NCBI GenBank assembly: GCA_011839185.1
Contig: GCA_011839185.1_3918.1
Length of the DNA: 64,000 nt
Source of the DNA: a phage
Strand: one strand, 5' to 3'
Part shown: positions 19,519-27,708 of the stretch, piece by piece
Layout: each line of letters starts with the position of its first letter
Numbering within the stretch: position 1 is the stretch's first letter
The notes under the pieces: model-generated
Databases searched by the model: none
The model's input: the letters and a program-made list of their open reading frames with translations, nothing else
What the model was told of the DNA's origin: nothing
Made by a program: the position numbers and the translations under genes

Positions 19519-19845
19519 ATGCAGATTAATGGAAGAGACTTTGTAGCCGTTTACTACGAGAAAGATAAAGAGGTTGGTGTAGCACAAGTAACTTACGGCA
19601 ATGGTAAGTGGCTATATGGAACAATCGCAGTAGTTGGAACAAGAAGTGACACAAAAACTTTTAAAGATTGTGTTGACCTTCTTGAAGAATCCATTCAGAA
19701 TCATTGGTGTCTGATATGGATGACTGACAACGAAGTGATAGAACGCTTCAAAAAGATTGATATCAACATTGATAGTATTGAGCATGTTGATTTATACGAG
19801 CTAACTGAGAAGGTAAACTATGAAAGTAATACTAGCCAGAGATAA
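19519..19845 (+). CDS. hypothetical protein
   Basis: ORF track 108 aa. Confidence 0.4.
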   Translation: MQINGRDFVAVYYEKDKEVGVAQVTYGNGKWLYGTIAVVGTRSDTKTFKDCVDLLEESIQNHWCLIWMTDNEVIERFKKIDINIDSIEHVDLYELTEKVNYESNTSQR

Positions 19846-20047
19846 AAAGACACGAAAGCTTATCAGGTCAGCAGTGTTCATTGGACGAAATGAGGTCATC
19901 CCATTTACAGCAAATGATGTGATAGCTTACAGGAAGAACTTAGTATTCACTGACTGCTTACGTGGCTTCATCTCTGAACCATTGGAAGACTTTAAAAGTC
20001 GTTGTGGTAAAGGTATCATCATTCAAGAGGCAATTATTCATGGCTGA
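19820..20047 (+). CDS. hypothetical protein
   Basis: ORF track 75 aa. Confidence 0.35.
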   Translation: MKVILARDKKTRKLIRSAVFIGRNEVIPFTANDVIAYRKNLVFTDCLRGFISEPLEDFKSRCGKGIIIQEAIIHG

Positions 20048-20240
20048 CTTCTGTAAAGATTGTTCTATCGAAATGTTCGGACGTGATACAGGTGACTTAA
20101 AAGGTCTTATCACTGAAGATGACTTTAAAGCTGGTTATGCAATGCCAGTAATCTGTGAAGGTTGTGGGTGCATCTGGGTAGACCACGAAGGGCAGCGTGT
20201 AAAACCTTCAGAAGATAAAGAATCTTGGGAGAGATGTTAA
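20040..20240 (+). CDS. small Cys-rich protein (start trimmed to the ATG overlapping the upstream stop)
   Basis: MADFCKDC ... CEGCGC cysteine pairs; ORF-track entry 19962..20240 trimmed. Confidence 0.35.
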   Translation: MADFCKDCSIEMFGRDTGDLKGLITEDDFKAGYAMPVICEGCGCIWVDHEGQRVKPSEDKESWERC

Positions 20241-21026
20241 ATGGGTATTGTAAAAATCATCAATGGCGATATCTTTGCCGCATTTGATAAAGGTAAGTTT
20301 GACATTATTGGTCACGGTTGCAACTGTATGAATTTAATGGGTGCAGGTATCGCTGACAAGATTTCTAAACTTTACCCAAAAGCATATGAGACAGATACAG
20401 AAGTCTATCTATATGCAGGTGGCATAGGTCACAAACCCTGTGAAAATTTACTGGGTAATTTCTCTGTAGCACGTTTAAAACAAGGTCGTATAGCTAACCT
20501 TTACACTCAGCTTAAGACTGGTAAAGATGCCCGATACAGTGCTTTAGAGTCATCTTTGAAACAGCTTAACAGATACTGTGAAGTTAATCAGTTGAAGAAA
20601 GTTGGTTTACCTATGATTGGTGCAGGTATAGGTGGGCTGGACCCTCAAGCTGTCACAGTTATCATCAATCAGGTGATGAAGAGTGTAGATGTTTATCTGT
20701 ATGTCTATGAAGGAGAGATGTACCACAAGTTACGCTCAGGTTGGAAGAACTACTGTGAACCAGAATACTTTGCAGGTGTAGCAGTGTTCACGGATAACGC
20801 AGTTACCCTCTTCAGACGAAGAAAAGGTAAGATACATCAAAGTAACCCTCCGGTTGAAAGGATGTCTCTAAGTAACGCTCTAGTTACCCACCTGTCGAAG
20901 AGCAATCACAGAATAGCTGTGACATTTGGTAGTGATGCAGATGCTTACATCTATGCAAGAACTGATGAGGATATCGAGGCAATTTTCTCATCACCGGAAG
21001 TTACCTTCTTAGACGCAAAGAACTAA
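20241..21026 (+). CDS. macro-domain-like protein (ADP-ribose binding or processing)
   Basis: 261 aa; GHGCNCMNLMGAGIADKI resembles the macro-domain Gly-rich loop; not confirmed. Confidence 0.4.
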   Translation: MGIVKIINGDIFAAFDKGKFDIIGHGCNCMNLMGAGIADKISKLYPKAYETDTEVYLYAGGIGHKPCENLLGNFSVARLKQGRIANLYTQLKTGKDARYSALESSLKQLNRYCEVNQLKKVGLPMIGAGIGGLDPQAVTVIINQVMKSVDVYLYVYEGEMYHKLRSGWKNYCEPEYFAGVAVFTDNAVTLFRRRKGKIHQSNPPVERMSLSNALVTHLSKSNHRIAVTFGSDADAYIYARTDEDIEAIFSSPEVTFLDAKN

Positions 21027-21094
21027 GAAACTCTGTAGAATATTCACAATAGACTAAGCCTTTCTTATCTGGTAAATTTTTCAGGTAAGGGGGG

Positions 21095-21280
21095 CTTTTT
21101 CATTTCAGGATTGTGCAGGTAGAGTTCTGTATAGAAATCTGTAGAGAAAATTTTGAACTCCAAAGGGAAAATTCATTTTCAAGCTGTGCAGGTAATCTCC
21201 AAAGAGCTTTTTCATTTTCAAAACGTGCAGACCCCGCTCAGGTCGGGCAAGAAAAATCATTTTAGAATCGTGCAGGTAGG
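21095..21280 (+). repeat. four direct repeats of about 25 bp (TTTTCATTTTCA-N4-GTGCAGGTA)
   Basis: copies at 21095-21122, 21168-21195, 21207-21233, 21251-21280; non-coding context upstream of the early-gene array. Confidence 0.6.
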
Positions 21281-21302
21281 TTTTTATAGAGAGTCAGACC
21301 AA

Positions 21303-21334
21303 CCCCTCTCCCCCTCTTACTCCCCCTCTCCCCA
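21303..21334 (+). repeat. CT-rich polypyrimidine tract
   Basis: CCCCTCTCCCCCTCTTACTCCCCCTCTCCCC. Confidence 0.6.
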
Positions 21335-21453
21335 AAAGTCAAGAGAAAAATTTGTAGTGGATTGAAAAATAATTCTTGATTTGTGTTTTGTTTTGTGGTA
21401 GTCGTGCGCGCCCGTTCATTTCCCAACCTTACAAAAATATTTAATAAAAACCG

Positions 21454-21482
21454 TTGACACGCCAAACAAGTTTACGTACTAT
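21454..21482 (+). promoter_or_regulatory. sigma70-like promoter
   Basis: TTGACA, 17-nt spacer, TACTAT; downstream GGAGAATC RBS before the ATG at 21532. Confidence 0.55.
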
Positions 21483-21531
21483 TTGCATCAGACGGGCAAG
21501 CTAGCCACTTCCTAAACTGGAGAATCTAAAA

Positions 21532-21723
21532 ATGGCATCAAGAAAAATCAAAGTCGGTGATGAGGTTAACGTTAAGTATGAGCACTCTCATAAAATGTTA
21601 ACTATTCGCTCTTACAAGGTTTATCAGGTGGAAGCTATCCACGAAGACGGTACATTTTCCCTAAAAGGACATAGCGAACGTTTCCCTGCTGAATTGTTCG
21701 AAAAATGGAGTACTAAAAAATGA
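21532..21723 (+). CDS. small early protein
   Basis: 63 aa; conserved AAACTGGAGA RBS context. Confidence 0.55.
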   Translation: MASRKIKVGDEVNVKYEHSHKMLTIRSYKVYQVEAIHEDGTFSLKGHSERFPAELFEKWSTKK

Positions 21724-21926
21724 TTTACAGCCGTGAATTGATGGTTACAACTAACGTTAACACAAAGGTAAAACGTTTTTACATGCAAATCTGTGGCGTA
21801 TGGTCCAGAATATCAGAAGCCGACTATTGCAACTATGTAGAAACGGCAATCAACTCGAATTGCTACCTTACAAGAAACACTAAGAATTTTACAAGGCAGA
21901 CAGCGATTTACTACTACGATAAATAA
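21720..21926 (+). CDS. small early protein
   Basis: 68 aa; start overlaps the upstream stop. Confidence 0.45.
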   Translation: MIYSRELMVTTNVNTKVKRFYMQICGVWSRISEADYCNYVETAINSNCYLTRNTKNFTRQTAIYYYDK

Positions 21927-21931
21927 AGTAC

Positions 21932-21967
21932 TTTACAAGGGGCTTATAGTTCGATAGAGTAAGCCCC
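21932..21967 (+). promoter_or_regulatory. type-I cassette: promoter embedded in a hairpin
   Basis: TTTACA, 17-nt spacer, TAGAGT; the spacer and -10 lie inside the inverted repeat GGGGCTTA...TAAGCCCC; followed by the conserved UTR CAGATAAAGAGCTTTAC...GGAGATTCTAAAATG. Confidence 0.5.
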
Positions 21968-22012
21968 AGATAAAGAGCTTTACTAACTAACCTTAAACTA
22001 GGAGATTCTAAA

Positions 22013-22393
22013 ATGGCTTATCGTGCACCGAAATTCATCAACAAAGACAACTTTCGCAACGTACTGGAGAAGGCACTTGATGAAAAATTTAAAGGTAACA
22101 TTATTATTGTTCACTCATTCAATTTTAAGTATGACATCAACGGGAATAAAATCAACCATTACACGGCAACAATGATAGACGGTACGTTATCAAGTGAAAA
22201 AGCCGTACTGAATGCACTTGCTGGACGTGGTAAAAACCTGATAAGCTGCAATAAGAGACGTTATCAAGGTGGCGCATATGGTTATGATGATGCTGTTTAC
22301 CATCTTGAAAATATGGGCTATTCAGTGGAGAAAGCTGGAGCGTCTCAAATAATTGGTAGTGATGGTTATGTGACAATATTCAAAATTAACTGA
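22013..22393 (+). CDS. small early protein
   Basis: 126 aa behind a type-I cassette. Confidence 0.55.
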   Translation: MAYRAPKFINKDNFRNVLEKALDEKFKGNIIIVHSFNFKYDINGNKINHYTATMIDGTLSSEKAVLNALAGRGKNLISCNKRRYQGGAYGYDDAVYHLENMGYSVEKAGASQIIGSDGYVTIFKIN

Positions 22394-22401
22394 TAAAGTA
22401 C

Positions 22402-22437
22402 TTTACAAGGGGCTTATAGTTCGATAAAGTAAGCCCC
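22402..22437 (+). promoter_or_regulatory. type-I cassette promoter/hairpin
   Basis: near-identical copy of the 21932 cassette (TTTACA, 17 nt, ATAAAG/TAAAGT). Confidence 0.5.
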
Positions 22438-22481
22438 AGATAAAGAGCTTTACCACTCAATCCTAAATTGGAGATTCTAAA

Positions 22482-22772
22482 ATGGCTATTATCAAAAACG
22501 TTGTAATTCCTGCAAAAACTCGTGATGACGCTCGCATCATGGCGAAAAAGTTAGGCGGGAAAGTGGTTGACAATGGAAAACAATCTGCTGTAAGATGGGG
22601 CGTAAAGGCTGATAAACAGTTGAAGCTAAAAAATTCACCGATAAACCTTTTTACATGTGTAAGCACTATCGGGAAGACAAATGTATACACGAAAAAGGCA
22701 TATATTAGACGCATAACCTTAACATCCCCCATTCGTACAATGAGAAGTTATGCAAAGCTGAAAATTAACTGA
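22482..22772 (+). CDS. small early protein
   Basis: 96 aa behind a type-I cassette. Confidence 0.5.
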   Translation: MAIIKNVVIPAKTRDDARIMAKKLGGKVVDNGKQSAVRWGVKADKQLKLKNSPINLFTCVSTIGKTNVYTKKAYIRRITLTSPIRTMRSYAKLKIN

Positions 22773-22780
22773 TAAAGTAC

Positions 22781-22816
22781 TTTACAGGGGGCTTAAAAGT
22801 TGATATCTTAAGCCCC
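22781..22816 (+). promoter_or_regulatory. type-I cassette promoter/hairpin
   Basis: TTTACA, 17 nt, TATCTT inside GGGGGCTTAAAAG...CTTAAGCCCC. Confidence 0.5.
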
Positions 22817-22860
22817 AGATAAAGAGCTTTACCACTAAATCCTAAACTGGAGATTCAAAA

Positions 22861-23157
22861 ATGAAACTATCAAATAAAGTCCGTGAAAATCTAAGCAAGT
22901 TACTTAATAAAATTGATTTCATTGAAACATCAAGGAATAGTCATGATGTTATGGAATGGTTACACGGAAAAATCAAAGGCCGTCGTGTAGTGATTTGCTT
23001 ATGGAATAGTTGCAGGGAGTATAAAAAACCTGTATTGCAAGTCAATATTTACGATGATACTTTTAAAAGCCCTGTAAAGTCTAAAAGCGATTTATTAGAA
23101 TCTTATGAGATAACTGTAAGTGGCAAAGTATCACGTAAAGAGGAAACACCATGTTAA
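22861..23157 (+). CDS. small early protein
   Basis: 98 aa behind a type-I cassette. Confidence 0.55.
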   Translation: MKLSNKVRENLSKLLNKIDFIETSRNSHDVMEWLHGKIKGRRVVICLWNSCREYKKPVLQVNIYDDTFKSPVKSKSDLLESYEITVSGKVSRKEETPC

Positions 23158-23483
23158 TGACTGGTATCACTGCAATCATTGCCATTTTCGCGCTATATAA
23201 GGCATATAAAGCCTATAATCTAGCAAATAAGGCAATCACACAGCAGGTTAGCAATAACCTTGTAGAAAGCTTTCTAGGACGTCTCAGTGATGAGCAAATA
23301 AAGCGGCTAGAGATGAGCTTCAGATATAAAGCCAAAACCTATCAGATAAGTGACATCTTCAAAGATGATTTTCAGTTAGTTGATGATTATAATTCTCTGA
23401 TAAATGCTTTAAACATCAGTGACTTGAAAGGCTATCATGCTGTAATTGTTCAAGAGTTGAGCAAACGAAAACAAAATTCTTGA
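23151..23483 (+). CDS. small membrane-anchored protein
   Basis: 110 aa; hydrophobic N-terminus; start overlaps the upstream stop. Confidence 0.45.
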   Translation: MLMTGITAIIAIFALYKAYKAYNLANKAITQQVSNNLVESFLGRLSDEQIKRLEMSFRYKAKTYQISDIFKDDFQLVDDYNSLINALNISDLKGYHAVIVQELSKRKQNS

Positions 23484-23538
23484 CACTGGTTTTTAGATAG
23501 ATTAAATTACACATCAACGGGGAGGGGATGACCTTCCC
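23479..23538 (+). promoter_or_regulatory. type-II cassette: promoter plus 5'-UTR hairpin
   Basis: TTGACA, 17 nt, TAAATT, then hairpin GGGGAGGGGATGACCTTCCCC and the conserved RBS GGAGAATCTAAAATG. Confidence 0.55.
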
Positions 23539-23571
23539 CACTAAATAAAGTCCTAAACTGGAGAATCTAAA

Positions 23572-23844
23572 ATGTATGCTACTAACAATGGTCGCACTTT
23601 AAATGTCACACTACGTCACTATGTAGATGGTGTCATGCACTTTGAAGATTTACAAGCTGAGCAACATATCTTAGATTGGCAAGTCGCAGGACTCCAAAAA
23701 ACTGCTACGGGATACGGTAAAAAGATTCCAACCAGTTGGAAAGTACACTACGAAGGACGTTTGCGCAGAATTTATCAGGATGTGCAAAGCAATAGTGCAT
23801 CGAGTTACATTATAGTAAAAGGTAAAAAACTGCATTTAGTGTAA
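23572..23844 (+). CDS. small early protein
   Basis: 90 aa behind a type-II cassette. Confidence 0.55.
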   Translation: MYATNNGRTLNVTLRHYVDGVMHFEDLQAEQHILDWQVAGLQKTATGYGKKIPTSWKVHYEGRLRRIYQDVQSNSASSYIIVKGKKLHLV

Positions 23845-23849
23845 AGTAC

Positions 23850-23885
23850 TTTACAGGGGGTTATCAAGCTGATAAGATAGCCCCA
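23850..23885 (+). promoter_or_regulatory. type-I cassette promoter/hairpin
   Basis: TTTACA, 17 nt, TAAGAT inside GGGGGTTATC...GATAGCCCC. Confidence 0.5.
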
Positions 23886-23928
23886 GATAAAGAGCTTTAC
23901 CACTCAATCCTAAATTGGAGATTCTAAA

Positions 23929-24333
23929 ATGACTATTAATAACCGTGAATTATCAATCTTAAAAGCACGTTTGACCGTCAACCGGATTAATGTTCTGACA
24001 TCATCAGCGCCTGATGAAACATTGCACAACATTATCGGAAAGATTCAAAGCGTTATTTTAGACGTTGAAAACGTAAAAAGCTCATTGGCTGACGTTGCAG
24101 CAGGTATCACGCTAGACGGTGCGCAATATGAAATGGCTGACATGTTAGGCAAATCGAAGGTAATGAATAAAGAGCTTGATTTAAAAATGTTTCGATTTGC
24201 CGTGAAAGTATGGCTATCCGTCGAGTATGACGCTAATTTTGCAATCGCTGATTTCTTCGCCACTTGGTTACAACGTAATTTGGCAAATCATGACTTTCGT
24301 GACATCTGCGACGCAATTTATGCAGAACTCTAA
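23929..24333 (+). CDS. small early protein
   Basis: 134 aa behind a type-I cassette. Confidence 0.55.
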   Translation: MTINNRELSILKARLTVNRINVLTSSAPDETLHNIIGKIQSVILDVENVKSSLADVAAGITLDGAQYEMADMLGKSKVMNKELDLKMFRFAVKVWLSVEYDANFAIADFFATWLQRNLANHDFRDICDAIYAEL

Positions 24334-24341
24334 AAATTTTA

Positions 24342-24401
24342 TTGACACTGGTTTTTAGATAGATTAAATTACACATCAACGGGGAGGGAATGACCTTCCC
24401 C
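24342..24401 (+). promoter_or_regulatory. type-II cassette: promoter plus 5'-UTR hairpin
   Basis: TTGACA (24342-24347), 17 nt, TAAATT (24365-24370), hairpin GGGGAGGGAATGACCTTCCCC (24381-24401). Confidence 0.55.
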
Positions 24402-24433
24402 ACTAAATAAAGTCCTAAACTGGAGAATCTAAA

Positions 24434-24637
24434 ATGGCTATTATTAACGGCTTACACATTGAAACAACTCACATCAAAGATATTAAAGTTGGTGATGTAG
24501 TCCTTTCCCACGGCGTAGAGAAAACTGTCACTGCAAAGGATATCAAAGAGGACTCTTTCATGGGTAGGACTCTCTTCGGTGATTCTTATTGCTTAGGTTA
24601 TCTTGCAGTTTTAAAAGTTGTCAAAAATAACAAATAA
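24434..24637 (+). CDS. small early protein
   Basis: 67 aa behind a type-II cassette. Confidence 0.5.
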   Translation: MAIINGLHIETTHIKDIKVGDVVLSHGVEKTVTAKDIKEDSFMGRTLFGDSYCLGYLAVLKVVKNNK

Positions 24638-24642
24638 AGTAC

Positions 24643-24680
24643 TTTACAGGGGGCTTGGAAGTTGATATCTTAAGCCCCAG
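24643..24680 (+). promoter_or_regulatory. type-I cassette promoter/hairpin
   Basis: TTTACA then GGGGGCTTGGAAGTTGATATCTTAAGCCCC. Confidence 0.45.
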
Positions 24681-24724
24681 ATAAAGAGCTTTATCACTCA
24701 ATCCTTAAACTAGGAGATTCAAAA

Positions 24725-25267
24725 ATGAAATGCTATCACGGAACTACTCAAGAAAATTTCCTCAACCTGATTAATAACGGTGATAAACCATCAGGCGCAT
24801 GGAATTGTTCGGATATGGACGGCAATTTTTACGTGTATCCAGAAAATAAAATCTATGGCGACGATGAGGAAGAGATAACATCAGAAGGCATCCAGCAAGC
24901 TCTAGGCAATGCCACTATCACCGCAGCTTTTCAGATGAAGACTCAAAATATTGTTATCTTAGAACTCGATATTCCAGAGGATGAGCTGAATGACGATTAT
25001 TCTTGTGATAATATGTCGAGTGTAGCAAGTTTTACAGAGTACTTTGATGTAAATTGGATTAAAAAGGTCTATACAACAGAGTTTAACGCTATGTATTCAC
25101 CTTTTTGTCTTCCTTCATTGGATAACCCAAATTTAAACTATCTTGATGAGTCTCTGGAGCTTCTTGCTAAAAGTGTCCAACAGTCGGACAGTATTCAGGT
25201 TTTTTGTGACATCATGGATACACTGACAGGGAACATTGCAGAAGAGGATTTAAAGAGCTTTTTCTAA
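24725..25267 (+). CDS. hypothetical acidic protein
   Basis: 180 aa behind a type-I cassette. Confidence 0.55.
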   Translation: MKCYHGTTQENFLNLINNGDKPSGAWNCSDMDGNFYVYPENKIYGDDEEEITSEGIQQALGNATITAAFQMKTQNIVILELDIPEDELNDDYSCDNMSSVASFTEYFDVNWIKKVYTTEFNAMYSPFCLPSLDNPNLNYLDESLELLAKSVQQSDSIQVFCDIMDTLTGNIAEEDLKSFF

Positions 25268-25300
25268 AAACCTATGCAATCACCTTATAAACACTAATTA

Positions 25301-25320
25301 GCCCCTTGTAGGGGCTTTTA
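25301..25320 (+). terminator. terminator-like hairpin
   Basis: GCCCC-TTGTA-GGGGC followed by TTTTA. Confidence 0.5.
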
Positions 25321-25333
25321 GAGGACTTAAATC

Positions 25334-25567
25334 ATGCTTACAACCATTTATCTCATCCTTTCCATTTGTAACGGCCATTCATGCGATTTTAAAGGGCTTG
25401 AGGAGTTCACAGGAAGTAAAGAAAATGCCATTCAAGTTTGTCAGATAGCAAGGCAAGACTATCCCGCCAGTGATGACATACAATGCTACTTTAAGACAGA
25501 AGATGAAGAAGGCATTTATTTTGATAGTGTTGACGGTCAATATGAAATTATCATTGAAAAAGACTAG
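25334..25567 (+). CDS. small protein with N-terminal hydrophobic segment
   Basis: ORF track 77 aa. Confidence 0.45.
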   Translation: MLTTIYLILSICNGHSCDFKGLEEFTGSKENAIQVCQIARQDYPASDDIQCYFKTEDEEGIYFDSVDGQYEIIIEKD

Positions 25568-25603
25568 ACAAGCCTGATAAAAGCTTGTAGAGTGTCAATC
25601 AAC

Positions 25604-25624
25604 GGGGAGGGAATAACCTTCCCC
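25604..25624 (+). promoter_or_regulatory. type-II cassette 5'-UTR hairpin
   Basis: GGGGAGGGAATAACCTTCCCC followed by the conserved RBS context. Confidence 0.45.
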
Positions 25625-25658
25625 ACTAAATAAAGTCCTTAAACTAGGAGATTCTAAA

Positions 25659-25907
25659 ATGTATACTAAAACGCAACTTAAAAGCATGGTTAACAATGGT
25701 TTAATGGATGAAGTCTACAAAGAATGTAGACGCTATGGAAAAATCATGGATAAGTCTAGTTATGAGTATACTCACACAATAGATTTCAAAACTAATGAAA
25801 AACGAACTGACTTTATCACTGTGATAGTTATTGAATATAAATGCTTACTGTGGACTTTTGAGCTAGTAAAGGGTGAGTGTATAGAAATCGAATACAAAGA
25901 CGCTTAA
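25659..25907 (+). CDS. small early protein
   Basis: 82 aa behind a type-II hairpin. Confidence 0.5.
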   Translation: MYTKTQLKSMVNNGLMDEVYKECRRYGKIMDKSSYEYTHTIDFKTNEKRTDFITVIVIEYKCLLWTFELVKGECIEIEYKDA

Positions 25908-25913
25908 AAGTAC

Positions 25914-25950
25914 TTTACAGGGGGCTTAAAAGTTGGTATCTTAAGCCCCA
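25914..25950 (+). promoter_or_regulatory. type-I cassette promoter/hairpin
   Basis: TTTACA then GGGGGCTTAAAAGTTGGTATCTTAAGCCCC. Confidence 0.45.
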
Positions 25951-25993
25951 GATAAAGAGCTTTACCACTAAATCCTAAACTGGAGATTCAAAA

Positions 25994-26335
25994 ATGGCTT
26001 ATGTAACTGTAATTACCGATAAAGAGAATTCATCTTGGTCAACTCAGGTTAGTGATAAGATGTCACCTATGCAGTGCCTAAAATACTTTGAGCAGTGGAA
26101 CAAAGGCGAGGATGTAAGCCCCTTTCAGGTAATGCAAATCATCCATACAGATAACGAAGGGAATAAAACGACACTGAATAGTGAGTACTATGCAAGCCGT
26201 TTTGAAACGAGAAGTAAAACAATGAAGCTTTTACGTGAATCCGGCTATTCTCACATTGCCGCGCTAATATGGGATGACCTGCTGAAAAGCCAGCGTATCA
26301 GCTATGTAAAACCTGAAAAAATATTCATCAGTTAA
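25994..26335 (+). CDS. small early protein
   Basis: 113 aa behind a type-I cassette. Confidence 0.55.
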   Translation: MAYVTVITDKENSSWSTQVSDKMSPMQCLKYFEQWNKGEDVSPFQVMQIIHTDNEGNKTTLNSEYYASRFETRSKTMKLLRESGYSHIAALIWDDLLKSQRISYVKPEKIFIS

Positions 26336-26535
26336 TCAATAACTTATAAAAAACTTTAAAAAATTACTTGACGATACCCCTTGACAATAGTACATTTGTT
26401 CGAGGGGGTTTATCTAAAAGGGATTCACTTAAAAGATTCTTTATAGATAAACTTAAAAAATTGCTTGCAATCATCTTCCAAAAACTTTATAGTTTATCTC
26501 AAGCAATAATGCTTTCCTAAACTGGAGATTCAAAA

Positions 26536-27066
26536 ATGAACAAGTTCAAAGCTATCAACTACATTCGCTCAAATAGTGTCATGTCTAAGCCTGTTAAGGA
26601 TACCTACGAATTTCGTTGCAATGGCGAACACTTTGCTACCATCACCAAATCAAACAACGGGGCTTATTATATCCATCGTCGTAATGTTTCTACGGTTGTA
26701 GTTTCTAACTTTATGCAAGCTGTAGCGGAACTCCTCCCACTCTTCTTAGAAAAGTATGCCGTACAGTGTGAAAGTGTTCGTGAATGCACTAAAACAGTGT
26801 TAAACGGTTATCGTATGGCTTATGAGCGCTCTTTAAAGAATCTCAATAAATACTACAAAGCACCGGAAGGTACTTCATCCACAGCCTACGGGGTAGGGGG
26901 CTTCAATGTCAGCCTTTACGAAGTGGAAGAAATCGAGCTTTATGACCATCGCCCAAATGGTTACGCTAAGACACTGGGAGATGGGTTAATGCTGAATATC
27001 AAGAACTTAGAAAAAACTTTAAGAGAAATTGAAAAAGATATTGACGAGACAATCAAAAGTCTGTAA
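26536..27066 (+). CDS. hypothetical protein
   Basis: 176 aa; conserved GGAGATTCAAAAATG RBS context; promoter-like TTGAC/TTGCTT words upstream. Confidence 0.55.
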   Translation: MNKFKAINYIRSNSVMSKPVKDTYEFRCNGEHFATITKSNNGAYYIHRRNVSTVVVSNFMQAVAELLPLFLEKYAVQCESVRECTKTVLNGYRMAYERSLKNLNKYYKAPEGTSSTAYGVGGFNVSLYEVEEIELYDHRPNGYAKTLGDGLMLNIKNLEKTLREIEKDIDETIKSL

Positions 27067-27079
27067 ATTATCAATCAAC

Positions 27080-27100
27080 GGGGAGGGAATAACCTTCCCC
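27080..27100 (+). promoter_or_regulatory. type-II cassette 5'-UTR hairpin
   Basis: GGGGAGGGAATAACCTTCCCC. Confidence 0.45.
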
Positions 27101-27131
27101 ACTAAGTAAAGTCCTAAACTGGAGATTCAAA

Positions 27132-27395
27132 ATGGAACACGTAGAACTGACCACACTCTTACAAATCGCAACCGACAAGGAAGACGTAGCATTATTTCAC
27201 CGTATCGAAAGTGATTTGTTCAATGGTGAAATCATCAAAGAATCTTACGAAGTTGTCGGATTCAAAGATGGTAAAGCATTTGGCTTTTTTGACCTCGACA
27301 AAAGCAAAGCGGTTACAAAGTACGATGTTCTATCTTGTGAGATTCTTACAAAATACAACGAAAAAAGGCTTGCAACATACGCCAACATGCAGTAA
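27132..27395 (+). CDS. small early protein
   Basis: 87 aa behind a type-II hairpin. Confidence 0.5.
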   Translation: MEHVELTTLLQIATDKEDVALFHRIESDLFNGEIIKESYEVVGFKDGKAFGFFDLDKSKAVTKYDVLSCEILTKYNEKRLATYANMQ

Positions 27396-27408
27396 ATTAC
27401 TAATCAAC

Positions 27409-27427
27409 GGGGAGGGATGACCTCCCT
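27409..27427 (+). promoter_or_regulatory. type-II cassette 5'-UTR hairpin (variant)
   Basis: GGGGAGGGATGACCTCCCT. Confidence 0.4.
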
Positions 27428-27459
27428 ACTAAATAAAACCTTAAACTAGGAGATTCAAA

Positions 27460-27708
27460 ATGGCTACTATCCGCGCAACTGTTAACGAATTCGGCTTTTG
27501 CTCTCTGGATGTTAAATTTGACCTTGTAGGTACTGATAACGCCTTTGAGATGGTGAAAGGTCTTATCAGTCAAACCATCAAAGACTATAACCCTTCTGAT
27601 GAGTTCTGGAAAGAAACAAAACAGGAAGTTCTCAAAGATGGTTATTCTTATCACTATTGGGGTGAAAAAATTGTCTCCCTATACTACGACAAAGAGGGCA
27701 CTAACTAA
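27460..27708 (+). CDS. small early protein
   Basis: 82 aa; last gene of the + strand block. Confidence 0.5.
   Translation: MATIRATVNEFGFCSLDVKFDLVGTDNAFEMVKGLISQTIKDYNPSDEFWKETKQEVLKDGYSYHYWGEKIVSLYYDKEGTN

Noticed and set aside
21153-21465. Two overlapping ORFs (70 aa on +, 67 aa on -) across the repeat array and CT-rich tract
   Set aside because: They read through direct repeats and a polypyrimidine tract, giving low-complexity proline/serine sequence; no RBS.
21928-27459. Possible CRISPR array suggested by regularly recurring near-identical repeats
   Set aside because: Repeat units are 80-90 bp promoter/UTR cassettes separated by 200-550 bp protein-coding ORFs with RBSs, not 25-40 bp repeats with short spacers; no cas genes.
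27211-27654. ORF 27211..27420 (+) and 27400..27654 (-) overlapping small early genes
   Set aside because: Alternative-frame or antisense overlaps of ORFs that have the conserved cassette and RBS; the cassette-driven frames are preferred.
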